Virus record (IMG/VR): IMGVR_UViG_3300016654_000214
Span: 2,018 to 66,017 of that record
Reading direction: 5' to 3' (one strand)
Source: a virus
Taxonomy: Duplodnaviria; Caudoviricetes
Length of the DNA: 64,000 nt
Each line of letters begins with the position of its first letter. Position 1 is the stretch's first letter. A program made the position numbers and the translations under genes. This document shows, in pieces, positions 59,453 through 64,000 of this stretch. Under the pieces are notes generated by a model. That model was given only the letters and a program-made list of their open reading frames with translations. It did no database searches and had not been told where the DNA came from.

Positions 59453-59962
59453 ATGATTCTTCCGGAAGATTGTTACGTTCCTCTTAAAACAAAATCAATT
59501 AACCTTTTTAAATATTTACAGTTGCTTATGCAGTCTTCTGTGGACTGGAATAAGCATTTTGGTTTTGATTGTATTGAGATACCACGTAGCAAGTGGATTG
59601 AACAAGAGCCAGCTTTAGCTCAAGTTCACCAACTGCATCCCATTAAACAGCTGGGACTGTTGCGTGTTGCTCCATATTCTTTTTATGACTGGCATGTAGA
59701 TGTCTACCGCCAGTCTTGCATCAACATGCTGATCAATCTGGATCACCATAGCCATACCTTGTTTGGCTACCAGGCTGATGACCATAACAAAGACATTATT
59801 GAACTGCGCTATCAACCCAGAACTTTTTATTTATTTAACAATCAAATTGAGCATTGCGTGGCCAATCTTGATGGGCCGCGCTATATGTTCTCACTTTATT
59901 TTGAAACGGAAACCCATTTTGAATTCATTAAAGAAGATTTGAAAGCCGCAAATTTAGTTTGA
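59453..59962 (+). CDS. 2OG-Fe(II) oxygenase-like (double-stranded beta-helix) protein
   Basis: WHVD (HxD)...FNNQIEHCVAN...PRYMFSL (distal H, then R). Confidence 0.7.
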   Translation: MILPEDCYVPLKTKSINLFKYLQLLMQSSVDWNKHFGFDCIEIPRSKWIEQEPALAQVHQLHPIKQLGLLRVAPYSFYDWHVDVYRQSCINMLINLDHHSHTLFGYQADDHNKDIIELRYQPRTFYLFNNQIEHCVANLDGPRYMFSLYFETETHFEFIKEDLKAANLV

Positions 59963-59999
59963 TTTTGCTGCTAATCTAAACAGGTCTTTATCTGAATCA

Positions 60000-60197
60000 A
60001 TGGATCCCATTGCTGTGCCAAAGCTGACCGTATCTTTTGCGGTTGACTTGGAAGTTGAGTACGACCCGTTTGTTGGCAAAACACCAACACAAGTGGCGGC
60101 TGCCTTGCAAGACGAGCTGGATGAGCTACTCTTTGAGGCCAGCCCTGATGTGGTTGGCGTCTGCACTTCAGTTACTTCCATTGCACACAATGAATAA
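60000..60197 (+). CDS. Hypothetical protein
   Basis: 65 aa. Confidence 0.55.
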   Translation: MDPIAVPKLTVSFAVDLEVEYDPFVGKTPTQVAAALQDELDELLFEASPDVVGVCTSVTSIAHNE

Positions 60198-60444
60198 CCT
60201 CATTGACTGGGACCTCAAAGAACAAGAACGCCGTGTGGAGTTCATGGAGCACATGTACGCATGCTCTGGGCGCCAGGATCCAAGCCATCCCCTGTGTTCT
60301 CGGTACACCGGGCTGTGGCAGGAGTTCTGCATTAAAGAAGCTGGTTACGCTATGCGGGATCGGTGGTTTGAAATGAAAGAAGCCGTCCGACGTTTTGAGG
60401 CGGGCGAGCTGGAACCAACCTTTATCACTGAAGGTTTACAATAA
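60190..60444 (+). CDS. Hypothetical protein
   Basis: ATG 60190; FMEHMYACSGR...YTGLWQEF motif. Confidence 0.6.
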   Translation: MNNLIDWDLKEQERRVEFMEHMYACSGRQDPSHPLCSRYTGLWQEFCIKEAGYAMRDRWFEMKEAVRRFEAGELEPTFITEGLQ

Positions 60445-60462
60445 ACACCAAACTTTTGGAGG

Positions 60463-60491
60463 GCGGCCCACACTAAGTGGGTCGCTTTTTT
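60463..60491 (+). terminator. Rho-independent terminator
   Basis: GCGGCCCAC-ACTAA-GTGGGTCGC-TTTTTT. Confidence 0.85.
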
Positions 60492-60495
60492 ACTT

Positions 60496-60843
60496 ATGGA
60501 CACTACCCAAGAGCCCATTGATGCCGTCAAGTCCTGGCAAGACTGGTATCGTAATCACCAGGTGGTTGCATCAATGGACGAACCCATGGCTAGTAAAGAC
60601 AGCAGGGAGCAACTGCATGACACCAGCAATGCAGCTCAAGATTTGGCTGCAGCAGTAGAAGCAGAAGCTATCAAGAAAGCAACCATGTGCTTTGCTGACA
60701 CCATTGCTGAGTACAGCAGTGAGCTTTCAGGGGCTGAACTTTACAAATGTTTCTTTAATGCTGTGATGGAAAACCTAAACTATGCAGATAAAGAATATAA
60801 AAAAGCAAAGCAACTAATGGATCTCTTGCGCTACGGCAAATGA
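60496..60843 (+). CDS. Hypothetical helical protein
   Basis: 115 aa. Confidence 0.6.
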   Translation: MDTTQEPIDAVKSWQDWYRNHQVVASMDEPMASKDSREQLHDTSNAAQDLAAAVEAEAIKKATMCFADTIAEYSSELSGAELYKCFFNAVMENLNYADKEYKKAKQLMDLLRYGK

Positions 60844-61094
60844 AAACCAAAAAAATAAAAACCAAAAAACAGTATCCAACCTGGATCTGTGATGACTGTG
60901 GAGTGCGTTGGGGTCATTGGTACCAGCCCCAGGTTGTAGCTCCAAAGTCACACTGCGCTACTTATCACTACGGTGACTGTGATGTTTGTGGTGCTAAACA
61001 TACACCCGTGACAGAGCCACGGGATTACGGTCACCTTATTAAAGGATGGGAATCAGCTCACGCGAACCTTAACGGCAGACCCAGTACGGTATAA
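60840..61094 (+). CDS. Small zinc-finger protein
   Basis: CDDCG...CDVCG. Confidence 0.6.
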   Translation: MKTKKIKTKKQYPTWICDDCGVRWGHWYQPQVVAPKSHCATYHYGDCDVCGAKHTPVTEPRDYGHLIKGWESAHANLNGRPSTV

Positions 61095-61517
61095 CTGACC
61101 CACGCCAACACCACCAGCAGCAGCAGCGGCATCATCAATAAAGTTGCCCAGCGTAAAAGACACTCCACTGGCTGCGGTGAAATTCCCGGATACAGTAACA
61201 GGACCTGTGAAGGTTGCACCACTCAGGCTTGCTTTTCCTGACAGAGAAGCATCGACCTGAGCTTTGGTGTAAACGTTGCCGGAAAGGGTGTTCAGGTTGC
61301 CGGAAATCGTAGCAACACTGCCAGATAACGATGCAACCTGACCGGATACAACAGCTAGATCTGCAGAGATCTGACCGGCATTGCCGGATACATTGGCAAC
61401 TTGGTCGACGCGTTCTTGGATTTCTGCACGCAACGTACGGCCAACGCGATCCAGATTGCCTGGCTTAAATCCTTGATTAACAAACGATACTAGATCGGCA
61501 TTGGTAGGGTTTGCCAC
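61053..61517 (-). CDS. Short fibre-like virion protein
   Basis: Heptad VSG/LSG repeats, LSGATFTG motif like the tail fibre at 1-1744, C-terminal GQLYRTGSAVKVRV. Confidence 0.6.
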   Translation of the reverse strand: MANPTNADLVSFVNQGFKPGNLDRVGRTLRAEIQERVDQVANVSGNAGQISADLAVVSGQVASLSGSVATISGNLNTLSGNVYTKAQVDASLSGKASLSGATFTGPVTVSGNFTAASGVSFTLGNFIDDAAAAAGGVGVGQLYRTGSAVKVRVS

Positions 61518-61588
61518 TTCTTCTGAATCTATTCTTTATCATCAATTATAAACGGATGAGATAATAAAAGAAACTACATCTGCAAGTA

Positions 61589-62899
61589 ATGACGTTATAC
61601 AGAGATCCCGCTAATCATGAATTATTTCATGTGCAGAAGGTTCAAACATGTAGCGGTCAACCATTAGAAGTAACCACTGCAAGCGGTAGTACTGTTTATA
61701 TGCAGCCAGCAACTACAGCTGGTGATGCTTTTGGACGACTCCGGGTTTCTAATCCACTAACACTGTTTGATTCCAGCCATCGTTACAGCGTTAATGGGCA
61801 CTGGATCAACTCCATTGGAACCAGTGGCACCGTTACCTTTAACGCAGATCAAGGTCTTGTTGATCTCAAGATTGGTACTGTTTCTGGATCTAAGGTCTAC
61901 CGCGAAACCAATCGGGTGTTTCCTTATCAACCAGGAAAATCCCTGCTAACCATAAGCACCTTTGTGCTTTCGCCAGCGCAAACTAATCTGCGGCAACGGG
62001 TTGGTTACTTCAGTACAGGTAATGGTATCTACTTCCAGCAGTCGGGTTCTACCTATTCAATTGTTGAGCGCAGTTCAGTTAGCGGCACAGTTACTGAAAA
62101 CATTATTCCGCAGTCCAGTTGGAATGGTGACAAATTAAATGGTAGTGGTAAATCTGGATATACTCTGGATCCCACTGAATCTCAAATCTTCTGGAGCGAT
62201 ATTGAATGGCTGGGCGTTGGTACGGTTCGTACTGGTTTTGTTATTAACGGTCAATTTATTCTTTGCCATTCATTCCACCACGCCAATATCCTACCCAGCA
62301 CTTACATCACTACTGCTTCTCTTCCCAAGCGGTATGAGATTGAAGCACTGGATACACTGACCTCCAGTGGCAACTTAAAACAGATTTGCTCTACCGTTAT
62401 CTCAGAAGGTGGTTACGAACTGCGTGGAGATTCCAACTCTGTCTCCATGCCCATCTCATCGCCACGAGTTTGCACCAATAGTGGCACTTTTTATCCAGTG
62501 GCTGCAATGCGTTTGAAGTCCACCACACTGGATGCTGTTGTCATTCCTAATGCGCTTTCCTTAATTGGAGAAGGTAACAATGCAATATTTCACTGGAAGG
62601 TTATTAAAGGGGCCACGGTTTCTGGTGGAACCTGGACCAGTGCTGGCTCTAGCTCACCAGTAGAATACAACCTCAGCGGTGTATCCCTCAGCGGTGGTAC
62701 TACCTTGACCGCTGGTTATGTTTCTGCTGATACCCAAAGCAAAAACGCACTGGAAATCGCAACCAAGTCGTTGTTTATGTACCAGCTGGAGCGGGATTCT
62801 TTTACCAGCACTCCTACTGAGTTTGTGTTGGCGGTGGCTTCTAAAACAGATGGTGATAAAGTCTGGGCCGCAATGGACTGGGAAGAAATCTCTAAATAA
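61589..62899 (+). CDS. Beta-rich structural/lectin-like protein
   Basis: DAFGRLRVSNP.TLFDS...YQPGKS...DIEWLGVGTVRTGF motifs typical of cyanophage structural proteins. Confidence 0.6.
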   Translation: MTLYRDPANHELFHVQKVQTCSGQPLEVTTASGSTVYMQPATTAGDAFGRLRVSNPLTLFDSSHRYSVNGHWINSIGTSGTVTFNADQGLVDLKIGTVSGSKVYRETNRVFPYQPGKSLLTISTFVLSPAQTNLRQRVGYFSTGNGIYFQQSGSTYSIVERSSVSGTVTENIIPQSSWNGDKLNGSGKSGYTLDPTESQIFWSDIEWLGVGTVRTGFVINGQFILCHSFHHANILPSTYITTASLPKRYEIEALDTLTSSGNLKQICSTVISEGGYELRGDSNSVSMPISSPRVCTNSGTFYPVAAMRLKSTTLDAVVIPNALSLIGEGNNAIFHWKVIKGATVSGGTWTSAGSSSPVEYNLSGVSLSGGTTLTAGYVSADTQSKNALEIATKSLFMYQLERDSFTSTPTEFVLAVASKTDGDKVWAAMDWEEISK

Positions 62900-62933
62900 A
62901 AAACTGATAAACTAAAAACATCGCTTGGCAACT

Positions 62934-63485
62934 ATGTATACCCCCGGTCCTCAAACGGTCCCTGTCGTCCAAACCCCTCCTCCTCAAGCGGTCCCTCAGC
63001 CACAGGACAAGCCCAAAGCCCCTGCTAGATCAAAGAATGGTGATGTTGGCGCATTCATCCAACAACTGATCTCCCTGAGTGCTTACGTCAAGGAACTTGA
63101 GACACAATCCCATCTCATTCACCTGAACTACGAGGGGTCGAACTTCATCGGAGTGCACGGGTTCCTTAAAGACCAATACGAGGCTCATGTGGATCAGTTC
63201 GATACGCTCGGTGAGTTTATCCGCAGCATGGACTATCTAATGCCCATGTGTGGTTGTGGATTGGCTGATGCCAGCCCTGGCCTGCAGAATGTTACCAGCT
63301 ACAAGGGCACTGACATGCTTGCGGTGTACTACAAAAACCTGGAAGAGCTGGGGATGAAAGCCAAAAAACTGGAACCCATCGCACAGAAAGTCGGTGCCAT
63401 TGATATTGCTAATTATCTTGCTGACCTTGTTGGTCAAGCTTTTAAAGCAGCTTGGTTCATTAAGGCAACCCTGAGGAATGGATAA
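62934..63485 (+). CDS. dps: Dps/ferritin-like protein with Pro/Gln-rich N-terminal arm
   Basis: QSHLIHLNYEGSNFIGVHGFLKDQY...FDTLGEFIRSM...AWFIKA four-helix Dps pattern. Confidence 0.75.
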   Translation: MYTPGPQTVPVVQTPPPQAVPQPQDKPKAPARSKNGDVGAFIQQLISLSAYVKELETQSHLIHLNYEGSNFIGVHGFLKDQYEAHVDQFDTLGEFIRSMDYLMPMCGCGLADASPGLQNVTSYKGTDMLAVYYKNLEELGMKAKKLEPIAQKVGAIDIANYLADLVGQAFKAAWFIKATLRNG

Positions 63486-64000
63486 TGGTTGATCCTTCTT
63501 TATTCCAAGCTTATATGAATAGCAGGTCATTAAAAACACCTGCCTTTACATTTGAACCTGGTGTTGGATTTAAACCAACAGAACAAACTAATCAAATTGT
63601 TAATGCTTTAAAAACAAAAACAGGAAAAGATTTTTTTATTGAGCCGGCCAATTCTGTAATGGCTGTTGAAAGTAAACCGATGTGGGGTAGTGGTGGAGGT
63701 GTTGTATTTGATGATAATCGCTCAACTGGTTTTGTTGATCCACTTCGCGGCACTGCTCATGTTGTTGCGCATGAATCTGCACATGCTTTATTTCCTTCAA
63801 ATTTAATGGAATTTAGAAGGACTAATCCATCACAATATACAACTATTGATCCGTTAAGCATTCCTAGAGATACAGGACAAAGAATGCGTTATATTCATGA
63901 AAATTTTGCTAAACCAAAACTAGAAGAAGAAGCACGCGCTCAAGGTATTGCCTATGGTTTATTAAATACTCTCAATATTCCTTCCGAAGAAACTTGGCAA
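63485..64000 (+). CDS. Zincin metallopeptidase-like protein (partial; runs off right edge)
   Basis: Manual translation from the TAATG overlap: ...HVVAHESAHAL...EEEARAQ (HExxH plus a distal E). Confidence 0.6.
   Translation, partial: MVDPSLFQAYMNSRSLKTPAFTFEPGVGFKPTEQTNQIVNALKTKTGKDFFIEPANSVMAVESKPMWGSGGGVVFDDNRSTGFVDPLRGTAHVVAHESAHALFPSNLMEFRRTNPSQYTTIDPLSIPRDTGQRMRYIHENFAKPKLEEEARAQGIAYGLLNTLNIPSEETWQ

Noticed and set aside
59262-59456. 64-aa ORF
   Set aside because: Contains a terminator-like hairpin and T tracts; no coding signature.

Overview
A 64-kb segment of a tailed dsDNA cyanophage genome. The host is probably a freshwater Synechococcus/Cyanobium type; the gene content recalls S-EIV1-like phages, but that is from memory and not verified. 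Layout: (i) 1-7.5 kb: partial repeat-rich tail fibre, HTH protein, Dam-like methyltransferase homologue, dCTP deaminase, DUF3310, an NblA-like protein and a GH24 lysozyme. (ii) 7.5-36.6 kb, almost all minus strand: virion and packaging module with a 1205-aa virion protein, GH104 and M23 muralytic proteins, adaptor, major capsid, scaffold, portal, TerL, a TerS-like protein and about 11 kb of ejection/internal-core-like proteins. A degenerate integrase plus Xis-like pair is embedded in it. (iii) 37-61 kb, plus strand: early/replication arm with many small ORFs, three ssDNA-binding candidates, HNH-AP2, PcfJ, tRNA-Leu(TAA), thyX, Gp88, family A DNA polymerase, a shuffled paralogue cassette, a second NblA-like gene, Gp157 and a 2OG-Fe(II) oxygenase. 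(iv) 61-64 kb: fibre/structural proteins, Dps and a partial HExxH peptidase. The most striking undescribed-looking signals are non-coding: a 27-nt H-type pseudoknot with compensatory base changes in 6 copies, each 21-35 nt upstream of an early gene; a pair of stop-codon-anchored two-state hairpins flanking an SSB-like gene; G-free (ACTCAATTCAACTC-type) leaders in place of Shine-Dalgarno sites; and start-codon-sequestering hairpins. Unusual proteins include a 599-nt portal/scaffold dual-coding overlap, a circularly permuted M23 peptidase, two divergent NblA-like proteins, an apparently catalytically dead tyrosine recombinase and an FPPS-variant methyltransferase. No CRISPR array, rRNA or IS element was seen. 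All family assignments come from manual motif recognition, with no database search.
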